A DNA stretch of 64,000 nucleotides from an uncultured Desulfosarcina sp. (GTDB lineage Bacteria; Desulfobacterota; Desulfobacteria; Desulfobacterales; Desulfosarcinaceae): contig CAXXWQ010000003.1 of NCBI GenBank assembly GCA_963674945.2, positions 2,208,001 through 2,272,000 on the forward strand, read 5' to 3'. Shown here in pieces: positions 1 through 9,541 of the stretch; within the stretch, counting starts at the first letter, position 1, and each line of letters starts with the position of its first letter. Position numbers and translations under genes: made by a program. The notes under the pieces were generated by a model. It was not told the DNA's origin. It saw only the letters and a list, made by a program, of their open reading frames with translations, and searched no databases.

Positions 1-2
1 AT

Positions 3-248
3 ATCCTGGATGGGGACATGGCCATCATCCGCCCGCAGCCCAATGTGGAAAATGGGGAGATTGCCGCCGTAATCGTTGCGGACATGCTGACCGAGGCGAC
101 ATTGAAACGCGTGCACAGGGACCGGTATTCCATTACCCTGGCGCCGGAAAATCGTTCCCATTCGCCCCTCATCATCAAAGGCCCAAAACGGGCGAACGTG
201 AAGATTATCGGAAAGCTGGTGGGCATCATACGCCGGGAGAGAACATGA
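3..248 (+). CDS. lexA: LexA-type S24 peptidase, C-terminal part (5' end outside the window)
   Basis: Frame is open from base 3: ILDGDMAIIRPQPNVENGEIAAV...EATLKRV...LAPEN...IIGKLVGIIR, matching the LexA/S24 catalytic domain (DGD, NGEI, ATLK). A phage-repressor-like S24 protein cannot be excluded. Confidence 0.75.
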   Translation: MLDGDMAIIRPQPNVENGEIAAVIVADMLTEATLKRVHRDRYSITLAPENRSHSPLIIKGPKRANVKIIGKLVGIIRRERT

Positions 249-652
249 AGGAAATCGTCCAGGTCACCGCGGCCGTACTGGAAAAAGACGGCAAATATTT
301 TATCGCCCAACGCAAACTATTTCTGGACGGACGCAAACGGGAAGATCCCCTCTCGGGAAAGTGGGAGTTTCCCGGCGGAAAGATCGAACCCGGAGAAACG
401 CCGGAAGAATGCCTGGCACGAGAACTCAAGGAGGAGTTGGGCATCGAGGTGACCGTGCACGAGTACCTGGGCTCTACTGTTCACCATTACGATCACATCT
501 CCATCGAACTGATGGCCTACCGGGCCACCTGGGTCGGCGGAGCCATCACCGTGAAGGATCACCACGACTATCGATGGGTGTCGGCCGATGAACTGGACCG
601 GTTTGAATTCTTGCCGGCGGATATCCCGTTCGTTGAGATGCTGAAAAGTTAA
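245..652 (+). CDS. MutT/NudG-like NUDIX (d)NTP pyrophosphohydrolase
   Basis: NUDIX box WEFPGGKIEPGETPEECLARELKEELG and C-terminal FLPADIP; ATGA overlap with the upstream stop. Confidence 0.9.
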   Translation: MKEIVQVTAAVLEKDGKYFIAQRKLFLDGRKREDPLSGKWEFPGGKIEPGETPEECLARELKEELGIEVTVHEYLGSTVHHYDHISIELMAYRATWVGGAITVKDHHDYRWVSADELDRFEFLPADIPFVEMLKS

Positions 653-726
653 CCTTTTTTTCGGTTAAAAAACAAGTCCTCTTTGGCTTGCTATAAGATG
701 ATTGGCGCTACTGCTGGATTGTTACA

Positions 727-856
727 AGAATTCAGGAGCCAGGAGTCAGAATTCAGAATCAGGTATTCGCCTTCGGCTCGATCCATATTATCCAATCGAC
801 GGAGCGAAGCGACATCAGATTCATTCTGGCTCCTGAATTCTGTCTTCTGACTCCTG
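727..856. repeat. Inverted repeat whose arms are tandem heptamers (AGAATTC/AGGAGCC/AGGAGTC type)
   Basis: Left arm 727-760 agaattc-aggagcc-aggagtc-agaattc-agaatc. Right arm 823-856 reverse-complements to caggagtc-agaagac-agaattc-aggagcc-agaat. Confidence 0.8.
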
Positions 857-935
857 TGTTTCGATGAGATGCAAGTGTTTTCCCCTGCCAGTTCATAAGG
901 AAAGTAGCTGAAAACCAATAAAATGAGGTCTTACC

Positions 936-1943
936 ATGAAAAAGCCGGAGAAAAACCAAGGCCGGGTCATCGTTCTGGCAACCGGGGGAACCATTGCCGG
1001 AACCGCCGAAACGAAAACCCGTTCCGGATACGTTTCCGGCATGATGACCGTGGATGAAATGATCGACGCCGTTCCCGACATTCGAGAGCTGTCACCGATA
1101 AAAGGGGAGCAGATCGCCAACGTCGGCTCCCAGGACATGACATTTGCGATCATGATCACCCTGGCCAACCGGATCAATCATCACCTGAAAGACGACGCCG
1201 TAAAAGGGGTGGTGGTCACCCACGGCACCGACACCATGGAGGAGACGGCCTATTTTCTCAACCTTACCGTACACAGCGACAAGCCGGTGGTACTCACCGG
1301 CGCCATGCGACCGGCCACGGCGTTGAGTGCCGACGGACCGCTTAACCTGTACAATGCCGTTGCCGTCGCCGCGGACACCAAAGCCAAGGGGCGCGGCGTC
1401 CTGGTGGTGATGAACGACCGGATTCACGGCGCCCACTCCTTGAGCAAGACCAACACGACCGCAGTGGAGACGTTTCTCTCACCCGTGAGCGGACTTATCG
1501 GCACCGTGAACTACGGGGAGATGGAGTATTTCAGGCGACCGTTTCGCCGCCATACCCGAAAAAGCGATTTTTCCGTGGCCGGCTTGACCACCTTGCCGCG
1601 GGTGGATATTCTCTATGCATGTGCGGATATGCCGGCCGATCTGATCGACTGCTCCGTTTCCCGTGGGGCCCGGGGGATCGTCATCGCCGGAGACGGCAAC
1701 GGCAACATGAACCAGTCGACCATACAACGCGCCTTGTGGGCCGTCCAGCAGGGCGTGATTGTCGTCCGCAGTTCCCGGGTGCCAACGGGAAGGGTCGGCC
1801 GAAACGTGGAGATCGATGACGATGGCATGGGGTTCGTCGCATCGGACGAACTCAACCCTGCCAAGGCCCGCATCCTGTTGATGCTGGCTCTTGTGAAGGA
1901 GCGCAGCATAGATGAGATCCAGCAGTTGTTTTTCGAATATTGA
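936..1943 (+). CDS. ansB: L-asparaginase/glutaminase, type II-like
   Basis: ATGGTIAG and THGTDTMEETA active-site motifs, TGAMRP, ADGPLNL, LNPAKARILL. No obvious signal peptide. Confidence 0.92.
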   Translation: MKKPEKNQGRVIVLATGGTIAGTAETKTRSGYVSGMMTVDEMIDAVPDIRELSPIKGEQIANVGSQDMTFAIMITLANRINHHLKDDAVKGVVVTHGTDTMEETAYFLNLTVHSDKPVVLTGAMRPATALSADGPLNLYNAVAVAADTKAKGRGVLVVMNDRIHGAHSLSKTNTTAVETFLSPVSGLIGTVNYGEMEYFRRPFRRHTRKSDFSVAGLTTLPRVDILYACADMPADLIDCSVSRGARGIVIAGDGNGNMNQSTIQRALWAVQQGVIVVRSSRVPTGRVGRNVEIDDDGMGFVASDELNPAKARILLMLALVKERSIDEIQQLFFEY

Positions 1944-2072
1944 CGGCTCCGTATAAAGGCCGATATCGGCGTTACGCTTCATCCTTCGTCACTGTGGCGT
2001 ATCCAACCATACGCCTCGTTCCTCGTGTCTCGCAAGCCTTGCTCTCGAACTTCTAAGGAACCCGTCCATTAA
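1940..2072 (+). repeat. MITE-like dispersed repeat, copy 1
   Basis: ttgacggctccgtataaaggccgatatcggcgttacgcttcatccttcgtcactgtggcgtat...atacgcctc...; homologous to copies at 14396, 15427 and 42671. Its TGA is the asparaginase stop codon. Confidence 0.85.
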
Positions 2073-2220
2073 TCGAAGTAAAAAGTTTTTTTATAAAAAG
2101 CTTTCACCCCGCGTTAGACCATCGGCAAAATAACTGAGGAATGAGTTTTTTTCTCAATACTGATTGATCATCTTTGGCATGGAAAAGCTTTTTACGTTGC
2201 ATTTAGATCCGACGATGCGA

Positions 2221-2248
2221 TAATGCAATACGTGGATAGTACCGATAT
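2221..2248 (+). promoter_or_regulatory. Possible sigma28 (FliA)-like promoter
   Basis: TAATG-N15-ACCGATAT upstream of the TonB receptor; same spacing as sites at 18987 and 27149. Weak match to the consensus. Confidence 0.3.
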
Positions 2249-2309
2249 TCGTGTTTTATCGAATCATTCATCAATGCTGTTGTTGATACGGGGTATAGTG
2301 AGGTTTGAA

Positions 2310-4379
2310 ATGAGATCAATTACGGTTTTCTTCTGGGTTGCCGTGTTGAGCTTCGGCCTTTGGATGCCATATCCTGCCAACCCGATCGCCCATGCTGCCG
2401 AAAGTGACAGCGCTGGCCCGGACGCCACCGATTTTACCAAATTTTCGTTGGAGGAGCTAAAAAATGTGGTGATCATCTCGGTTTCCAAAAAACCCGAGAT
2501 GGTATCGGACGTGGCGGCAGCGGTCTACGTGATCACCCAGGAGGAGATACGACGTTCCGGTGTCACGAGCATCCCCGAAGCACTGCGACTGGCGCCCGGT
2601 GTCCACGTGGCCCGTATCAGCGCAACGGACTGGGCCATTAACATCCGTGGACTGAACGGCCAGTTCGCCCAAAACCTGCTCGTGATGATCGATGGCAGAA
2701 AGGTTTACACACACGTTTTTTCGGGTGTTTTCTGGGATATTCAGGACACGGTGATCGAAGATATCGACCGCATCGAAGTGATCCGCGGGCCGGGTGCGGC
2801 ACTTTGGGGGTCCAACGCGGTAAACGGTGTGATCAACATCATCACCAAACCGGCGAAAAAGACGCTGGGGGGACAGGTCGCGGTTCTGGGCGGGAACGAG
2901 GAGCAGAGTGCAAGCTTTCGATACGGCGGCACCTTGAACAACGGCACGCAGTATCGCGGCTATGGAAAGGTCTTCAACCGGGGGGATCTCGAAGATGTCG
3001 ACCTGAAACTGGAAACCTCCCAGGCCGACGTCAACGATGCACAATCCACCGACAACTGGCGATCCGGCCGGGGTGGTTTCAGAGTCGATATGGAGCCGGG
3101 ATACGGCCTGCCGGTGGGGAATAAAAACTCCTTTACCGCACAAGGGGAGGCTTACACCAACAGCTATGACAAGGAATTTGAACGCCGTTCCATCATCTTT
3201 CCTTCAGCGGTTACCCACCAGGACGGCGAGAGCGATACCTCCAAGGCGACCGGTTGTCATCTGCTCGGTCGTTGGCAGCACAGCCTATCCGATGATTCCG
3301 ATACCATTTTGCAGGTTTACTACGACTTTACCCAGAAGGATTACGATCCGGGCAGCGGCGAGGTTCACACCACCGACCTGGATTTTCAACATCGGTTGCC
3401 CCTCGGCACACGAAACGAGGTGGTGTGGGGCCTGGAATACACCTTCATATCCGATGATTTCGACGACAGTGCCAGCGTACAGATGGATCCCTCCCTTCTG
3501 CGGCAAAACCTCTGGAGTGCCTTTGTCCAGGATGAGATGCAGGTCATCGAGGACCGGTTGAGTCTCATCGCAGGGTCCAAGTTCGAATACAATGAAGTTA
3601 CCGGTATGGAGATTCAGCCCAGTGTTCGCGGAATTTACGATCCCATCGAATGGTTTTCCGTCTGGGCGGCCATATCCCGTGCCGTGCGCGTACCCTCGCG
3701 CATCGAAATGGACGGCCGGACAATCGACGCCATCGCCTTGCCTTCGGATCCGGAAACGCAGGTGGCGGTGGTGACCCAGGGCAACGACGACCTCGATGCC
3801 GAATATCTGACCGCCTACGAACTGGGCTTCCGATGGATGCCCAAACCATACCTTTGGCTGGATACCACTTTGTTCTTTAACGACTATCAGGACCTGATCG
3901 GCCTGGAATTGATCGACATTGATGCGGGCACCGGTCGCTATCTGCTCGGTTATGCCAACAACCAGGCCGGGGAGGCTTACGGACTGGAGATGGTGGCGGA
4001 TTGGAAGGCCACCGCGAACTGGCTGCTGGGCGCCTCCTACTCGTATTTGCATACCCAGATCGACGAGAACATGATCTCGGACCCCGACATCGACAGGCTG
4101 CTCTCACAGGACAGCAATCCACGCCATCTGTTTTCCATCCGATCCAATCTGGATGTCACGCCGAAGATCGACTTCGATCTGTGGTTTCGATTCGTGGGCA
4201 GTCTTCCCGAAAGGAATATTTCGAGCTATACGGTGCTGGATGCACGACTCGCCTGGCGGCCCCTTACCAGCCTTGAACTCTCCGTGGTCGGGCAAAACCT
4301 CTTGGAAGAGGGGCATTCGGAATTCTCAACGTTGGAAGTCGAACGCAGTATTTATTTTAAACTCGATTGGAAATTTTAA
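2310..4379 (+). CDS. TonB-dependent outer membrane receptor
   Basis: Signal peptide; plug motifs (AVYVITQEEIRRSG, IPEALRLAPG, DIDRIEVIRGPGAALWGSNAVNGVINIITK); C-terminal LDWKF. Start moved to ATG 2310 behind a GAGG RBS. Confidence 0.93.
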   Translation: MRSITVFFWVAVLSFGLWMPYPANPIAHAAESDSAGPDATDFTKFSLEELKNVVIISVSKKPEMVSDVAAAVYVITQEEIRRSGVTSIPEALRLAPGVHVARISATDWAINIRGLNGQFAQNLLVMIDGRKVYTHVFSGVFWDIQDTVIEDIDRIEVIRGPGAALWGSNAVNGVINIITKPAKKTLGGQVAVLGGNEEQSASFRYGGTLNNGTQYRGYGKVFNRGDLEDVDLKLETSQADVNDAQSTDNWRSGRGGFRVDMEPGYGLPVGNKNSFTAQGEAYTNSYDKEFERRSIIFPSAVTHQDGESDTSKATGCHLLGRWQHSLSDDSDTILQVYYDFTQKDYDPGSGEVHTTDLDFQHRLPLGTRNEVVWGLEYTFISDDFDDSASVQMDPSLLRQNLWSAFVQDEMQVIEDRLSLIAGSKFEYNEVTGMEIQPSVRGIYDPIEWFSVWAAISRAVRVPSRIEMDGRTIDAIALPSDPETQVAVVTQGNDDLDAEYLTAYELGFRWMPKPYLWLDTTLFFNDYQDLIGLELIDIDAGTGRYLLGYANNQAGEAYGLEMVADWKATANWLLGASYSYLHTQIDENMISDPDIDRLLSQDSNPRHLFSIRSNLDVTPKIDFDLWFRFVGSLPERNISSYTVLDARLAWRPLTSLELSVVGQNLLEEGHSEFSTLEVERSIYFKLDWKF

Positions 4380-4391
4380 TCCCTGCGATTT

Positions 4392-4979
4392 ATGGATATC
4401 CCTATCATACCCAATAGATGGGCCGATTTGTGCACAAGCCGGATGATTGTCATCTGTCTGCTCGGCATCTTGTTATTGTCGCCGGCGACTGCGGCCGGTG
4501 AGACGATCATGGGACAGGAGTACGACGTCAAGATCGGTTTTATTTACAATTTCATCAATTTCGTGACCTGGCCCAAGGGGGTTTTTTCCGAAGACTCGGA
4601 ACCGCTGATCCTCTGTCTCGTGTCGGATAACCAGGAGAGCGAAACGATCTTCAAATTGGACAAAACACCCATCAAGGGACGAACCATCAAGGTGGTTTCC
4701 TATCAGGAAGGGGGGTGCGTAACCCGAAGCCATGTCATCTTCTTCGCCACACAGAACAAGAGTGTCATCCGGTCGACACTGAATCAATCCAAGGGGCTGA
4801 GCATTTTGACCATCGGTGAAGTCGACGGTTTTACCGGCATGGGAGGCATCATCAATTTTTTTGAGGAGAGCAATCGCCTCCGATTTGAAGTCAACATGGA
4901 AGCCGTCCGTATCGAAGGATTGAAAATGAGTGCGCAACTGCTCGGATCCGCCCAGATCGTTAAACAGGAGTCCGAGTAA
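4392..4979 (+). CDS. yfiR: YfiR-family (DUF4154) periplasmic protein
   Basis: Signal peptide; EYDVKIGFIYNFINFVTWP, ILTIGE, GGIINF, LRFEVN, GLKMSAQLL are typical YfiR motifs. Confidence 0.88.
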   Translation: MDIPIIPNRWADLCTSRMIVICLLGILLLSPATAAGETIMGQEYDVKIGFIYNFINFVTWPKGVFSEDSEPLILCLVSDNQESETIFKLDKTPIKGRTIKVVSYQEGGCVTRSHVIFFATQNKSVIRSTLNQSKGLSILTIGEVDGFTGMGGIINFFEESNRLRFEVNMEAVRIEGLKMSAQLLGSAQIVKQESE

Positions 4980-4980
4980 C

Positions 4981-7281
4981 ATGAGACCGTTTCGTGACCT
5001 GAGCATCAAGCGGAAACTGACGATGATCATCATGCTGACCAGTGGCATCGCCCTGGTGTTTGCATCCGGTGCACTCATGTACAGCAATATCAAAACTTCC
5101 GAGAAAATTCTCAGAAATGATCTTTCCAGCCTGGCCAGCGTGATCGGCGCAAACAGCGTGGGCGCGATTGTTTTCGATGACCAGCAGACGGCGGAGCAGA
5201 ATCTTGCCGGCCTGCATGCAAAGCCGGATGTCGCACTGGCCTGTATCTACGATCGCAATGGCAAAATTTTTGCCACCTACATGCAAAAGGGGGCCGGTGA
5301 GGTGGTGCAGGTTCCCCAGTTGCGTGATCCGGGTCAATATTATGAGGGCAACTATCTATTGGTATACAGTCCGATCCTGCAATGGACAAGTACCATCGGT
5401 ACTGTCTGCATCCAATTCGATTTGCGCAGGACACAAAAAGAGACTTTACGTTCTGCGGCGATATTCGGCATCATTTTGTTTTTTGCCTTTGTTATCATCT
5501 GGGTGCTTTCCTTTCACCTGCAGAAAGTCGTTTCCCGTCCGATCATGCGTCTTACGGAAATTGCACGGGTGGTTTCCGAAAAGAAGGACTTTTCGGTCCG
5601 GGCCGAAAAGTTCGCCGATGATGAAATCGGTGTGCTGATCGATGTGTTCAATGGCATGCTGGCGCAGATTCAATCCCGGGATGAGAAGCTTCGGGAGTAT
5701 CGGGAACATCTGGAGGAGCAGGTGGCCAGTAGGACCATCGAGCTTCGCCAGGCAAACAAGATGCTCCAGTCGGCAAAGGACGCTGCCGAATCGGCAAACC
5801 GCGCCAAAAGCGAGTTTTTGGCAAACATGTCCCACGAAATCCGGACTCCCTTGAACACGGTATTGGGATTTTCGGATCTGCTGCGGTCGCTGATCACCGA
5901 CGAGAGTCAAAAAAGCTACCTGGCGGCAATCATTTCCAGCGGCAAAGGGCTGCTCTCTTTAATCAACGGAATCCTGGACCTGTCCAAGATCGAAGCGGGA
6001 AAGATGGATCTTCAGTACGAAGCGGTCAATCCCCATGCGATCTTCGAGGAGGTCCGGAATATCTTCGCCTTGCAGGCCTTTGAGAAAAAGATCGATTTCA
6101 GCGTCGTTCTCGATTCGGAGATTCCCGACTGTCTGATGCTCGACGAGGTGCGTCTCAAGCAGATCCTGTTCAACCTCATCGGCAACGCCGTCAAATTCAC
6201 CGAACAAGGTTATGTCCGCATCACCGTGAAAAAAGGGGAGGAGACCGAAGACCCCAGCGACATTCCACTCACGATTTCCGTGGAAGACACGGGGATCGGC
6301 ATCCCGGAACAATTCCACGATGAGATCTTCGAGGCCTTTCGTCAAAAGGACGGTCAGAGCACCAAACAGTTTGGTGGGACCGGCTTAGGGTTGTCCATCA
6401 CCAAGCGGCTTGTGGAGATGATGGGGGGAACCATCAGCGTCCATAGCGAAAACAACCGGGGAAGCCGGTTTGACATTTTCATTCCTCACGTGAAGGTGAC
6501 CGAAGCCGAACATCCGGCGGAATTCGGTGACACCTTCGATCCCGAAACGATCCGATTCAATGAGGCCACGGTTTTAATCGCGGACACCATTGCCTCCAAT
6601 CGTTCCCTGATCAAGGCCTTTTTGCATCAGACCCCATTGGTTCTGATAGAGGCCAACAACGGCGAAACCGCCACAAACATGGCCCGAGAGTGCAAACCGG
6701 ATGTGATTCTCATGGACCGCAGGATTTCAGGGGAAATCGGCCCCGATGCTACGGCAAACATCTGTTTGATCGACGAAGCCTGCCGGATCCCCATCATTGC
6801 AATGACGGCAGCCGGTGCAAAAGGGGAAAAGGAGGCATTGACTGCCAAGGGGTTTTCCGGATATCTGACAAAACCGCTTCAAAAAGCCGCCCTGTTCAAG
6901 GAACTGAGTCGATTTCTCCCCCACCATACACTTCAGCGAGGAGATGCAGGCCAGGCATTGACGGCGTCGCCCGTGAATCCCGATCGGCTGCCCATGGTGA
7001 TCGAGCGGTTGGAAAAGGAGTACCGACAGACATGGGAGACGGTTCGGAAAAATCAATTTTTTAATGAAATTGAAGATTTTGGAACAATCATCGCCAAACT
7101 TGGGGAGGAGAATGCCATCGGGGGCCTTACAACCTACGGACAGGATTTGAGTGCATATGCGGCGCGTTTTGACGTGGAGAAGATGAATACGACCCTGGAT
7201 GCCTATCCGCAATTGATACAAAACATCAAGGCGATATCTGCATCAATGGTAAAGGAAGAGGCAAATGGATCCGAAAAATGA
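4981..7281 (+). CDS. Hybrid histidine kinase with YfiN-like (CHASE8-type) periplasmic domain, HAMP, HisKA, HATPase and REC
   Basis: SIKRKL-TM, IGANSVGAIVFDDQQTAEQNLAGL, second TM, HAMP (DFSVRA..DDEIGVL), FLANMSHEIRTPLN, N/G boxes (GGTGLGL), REC (DVILMD, YLTKP). Confidence 0.9.
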   Translation: MRPFRDLSIKRKLTMIIMLTSGIALVFASGALMYSNIKTSEKILRNDLSSLASVIGANSVGAIVFDDQQTAEQNLAGLHAKPDVALACIYDRNGKIFATYMQKGAGEVVQVPQLRDPGQYYEGNYLLVYSPILQWTSTIGTVCIQFDLRRTQKETLRSAAIFGIILFFAFVIIWVLSFHLQKVVSRPIMRLTEIARVVSEKKDFSVRAEKFADDEIGVLIDVFNGMLAQIQSRDEKLREYREHLEEQVASRTIELRQANKMLQSAKDAAESANRAKSEFLANMSHEIRTPLNTVLGFSDLLRSLITDESQKSYLAAIISSGKGLLSLINGILDLSKIEAGKMDLQYEAVNPHAIFEEVRNIFALQAFEKKIDFSVVLDSEIPDCLMLDEVRLKQILFNLIGNAVKFTEQGYVRITVKKGEETEDPSDIPLTISVEDTGIGIPEQFHDEIFEAFRQKDGQSTKQFGGTGLGLSITKRLVEMMGGTISVHSENNRGSRFDIFIPHVKVTEAEHPAEFGDTFDPETIRFNEATVLIADTIASNRSLIKAFLHQTPLVLIEANNGETATNMARECKPDVILMDRRISGEIGPDATANICLIDEACRIPIIAMTAAGAKGEKEALTAKGFSGYLTKPLQKAALFKELSRFLPHHTLQRGDAGQALTASPVNPDRLPMVIERLEKEYRQTWETVRKNQFFNEIEDFGTIIAKLGEENAIGGLTTYGQDLSAYAARFDVEKMNTTLDAYPQLIQNIKAISASMVKEEANGSEK

Positions 7282-8269
7282 AGGGCAATTCAATATTCTG
7301 ATCGTCGACGATGTCCCCAAGAACATTCAGGTGGCGGCGAATATTCTGCAAAAGAGCGGATATCGCATGGCTTTCGCACAGGACGGTCCCGCGGCCATCG
7401 CCCAGAGCGAAGCCAACCGTTTCGATCTGATCCTGCTGGACATCATGATGCCCCAGATGGACGGGTTTGAGGTGTGTCGACGTATTCGGAGCAATCTGGA
7501 CAACAGGGAGATTCCCATCATCTTCCTGACAGCCAAAAACGATACGGACAGCATCGTAAAGGGATTCGAACTGGGCGCCGTGGATTACCTGACCAAACCG
7601 TTTAACGGTGCCGAATTACAGGTCCGGGTCAAAACACACTTGGATCTGCATCGGTCGAAAAGAGAGATCATCGCCACCAACAAGCGCCTCACCGAGGAGA
7701 TCGCGGAGCGCATAAAAGCGGAAAAAGCCCTGGAGGAGAGCAAAGAGGACTACCGCAAATTGTCCATCCACGACAGTCTCACCGGTTTATACAATACCCG
7801 CTATCTCTACAGCACGATGGAATCCCTGGTCGATGAAAGTCGGCGCACGAAATTACCCTTTTCCCTTATTTTTCTGGATATCGATAATTTCAAAATGGTG
7901 GTCGACACCCATGGACATCTTTTGGGCAGCCAGGCCCTTGCCGAAGTTGCGCAGACCATTTTGCACTGTATTGCCGAGCCTGCCTTCGGCGTGGCCTATG
8001 GCGGCGACGAATTCGTCGTCGTGTTGCCAGGCCATGACCACGGCCAGGTGTTGGAAAAAGCCAGGCAGATCCGGGCCACCATGTTGGATACGCGCTACCT
8101 GCCCGAGGTGAAAAACGGGGTTCGGTTGCAGGCCAGTTTCGGTATTGCCACCTACCCGGATGATGCCTCCGACATCAAGACGATTCTTGCCAAGGCGGAC
8201 CAGGCCATGTTCCAGGTAAAGACACGGGGGAAGAACGCGGTGGGGGATGTGCGTCGCATCATGGAATAA
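7265..8269 (+). CDS. Response regulator diguanylate cyclase (REC-GGDEF)
   Basis: REC (ILIVDD, LLDIMMP, YLTKPF), DSLTGLYN, DIDNFK, YGGDEF, ADQAMF. Confidence 0.93.
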   Translation: MDPKNEGQFNILIVDDVPKNIQVAANILQKSGYRMAFAQDGPAAIAQSEANRFDLILLDIMMPQMDGFEVCRRIRSNLDNREIPIIFLTAKNDTDSIVKGFELGAVDYLTKPFNGAELQVRVKTHLDLHRSKREIIATNKRLTEEIAERIKAEKALEESKEDYRKLSIHDSLTGLYNTRYLYSTMESLVDESRRTKLPFSLIFLDIDNFKMVVDTHGHLLGSQALAEVAQTILHCIAEPAFGVAYGGDEFVVVLPGHDHGQVLEKARQIRATMLDTRYLPEVKNGVRLQASFGIATYPDDASDIKTILAKADQAMFQVKTRGKNAVGDVRRIME

Positions 8270-8273
8270 GAAC

Positions 8274-9227
8274 CTATACAAGGTCCGTCGAGTTGGTAAT
8301 CTGATTGAAATATTCGGTCACCTGGTTCTTGTTTTCCGATTCCATGTGGGCCATGGCAGTACGGGGATGCTGGTTCAGCACGCCGGTCACCATGTAGGGA
8401 ATGAAGTAGCCCCAGTCGATTTTTTCCCGCCATGGAAAGATGTGGGATTCGATCACTTCAATGAGAGGCTTCACCCTGAATTTGGGATTCTTCAAAAAGG
8501 AGACCAGAAGTTCCAACGGACAATTGCCCGCACCCCGCCCGATACCGTAAAGGCTGCCGTCCAGGTAGTTTGCACCGTTGATGATGGCGGCAATGGTGTT
8601 GGCGAAGGCCAACTGCTGGTTGTTGTGGGTGTGAATGCCGATGGTCTTGTCCGGCAGGGCCGCCATGTACTTCTGGGTCAGCGTATCGATATCCTCCGAA
8701 TAGAACGCACCGAAGCTGTCGACCAGATAGATGACCGGCACCCGGCATTTGGACAGATCGTCCAGTGCCTCCTCCAGGTCCCTGGGACCGACGGTGGATA
8801 CGGCCATGAGGTTGATGGTGGCCTCATATCCCTTGTCCATGCAGTGATGGGCCAGGGCAATGGCCGCATCGATCTGATGGACGTAACAGGCCACACGAAC
8901 CATGTCCAAGGAGCTCTCCGCACATGGGGGGATGTCTTCATACTCGATCCGACCGATATCCGCCATGGCGGACAGCTTGATCTTCCTGTCTCCGTTGTGG
9001 CCGACGATGCGTCGGAGATCCTCTTCGGCGCAGAATTTCCACGGGCCGAATTCATTCCGGGAGAATGCCGATTCGGAACTCAGATAACCGATCTCCATAT
9101 AGTCGATACCGGCCTTGACATTGGCCAGGTAGACCTGTTCCACGAAGTCGTCTTCGAACTGCCATTTATTCATCAATCCGCCGTCGCGAACCGTACAATC
9201 CAATACCTTGATTTGGGGACGATACAT
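8274..9227 (-). CDS. DRE-TIM metallolyase (4-hydroxy-2-oxovalerate aldolase-like / pyruvate carboxyltransferase domain)
   Basis: LDCTVRDGG, YLVDSFG, GIHTHNNQQLAFANT, GIGRGAGNCPLE. Confidence 0.85.
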   Translation of the reverse strand: MYRPQIKVLDCTVRDGGLMNKWQFEDDFVEQVYLANVKAGIDYMEIGYLSSESAFSRNEFGPWKFCAEEDLRRIVGHNGDRKIKLSAMADIGRIEYEDIPPCAESSLDMVRVACYVHQIDAAIALAHHCMDKGYEATINLMAVSTVGPRDLEEALDDLSKCRVPVIYLVDSFGAFYSEDIDTLTQKYMAALPDKTIGIHTHNNQQLAFANTIAAIINGANYLDGSLYGIGRGAGNCPLELLVSFLKNPKFRVKPLIEVIESHIFPWREKIDWGYFIPYMVTGVLNQHPRTAMAHMESENKNQVTEYFNQITNSTDLV

Positions 9228-9541
9228 CTCATTCTCCGTATTCTGCGGTAATCATTTTCCCTGACATCTTTCCAATCCATTTTTCTCCATGGAGGGCAAT
9301 TTCATCCGGATGAAACCCGTGAATCAACGTCCATAGCCCAACCCTCGCATCAATGTCAAGCTTGTTCTTATACATAGAAACAAAAACGGAAAATTATTTT
9401 TCTCCCGTACCCTAAAGCCCGTAAAAATAATGCCGAGATAATAAGTGATCGGCGTTCATTCCAAATGCGACAACCAGCGATCCTGGACATGGAACACCGC
9501 GGGCACACACCACCTCACGAAAAAGGCGAAGGATCGGAAAC

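Noticed and set aside
727..856. Possible CRISPR array
   Set aside because: Units are 7 bp, contiguous and inverted, with no spacers and no cas genes in the window.
691..959. Short minus-strand ORFs (75 and 66 aa)
   Set aside because: They are translations of the heptamer inverted repeat and show no protein-like features.
2175..2189. TGGCATGGAAAAGCT as a sigma54 promoter
   Set aside because: The GG-GC spacing is one base too short.
8247..9251. 334-aa plus-strand ORF
   Set aside because: Antisense shadow of the well-supported aldolase-like gene.
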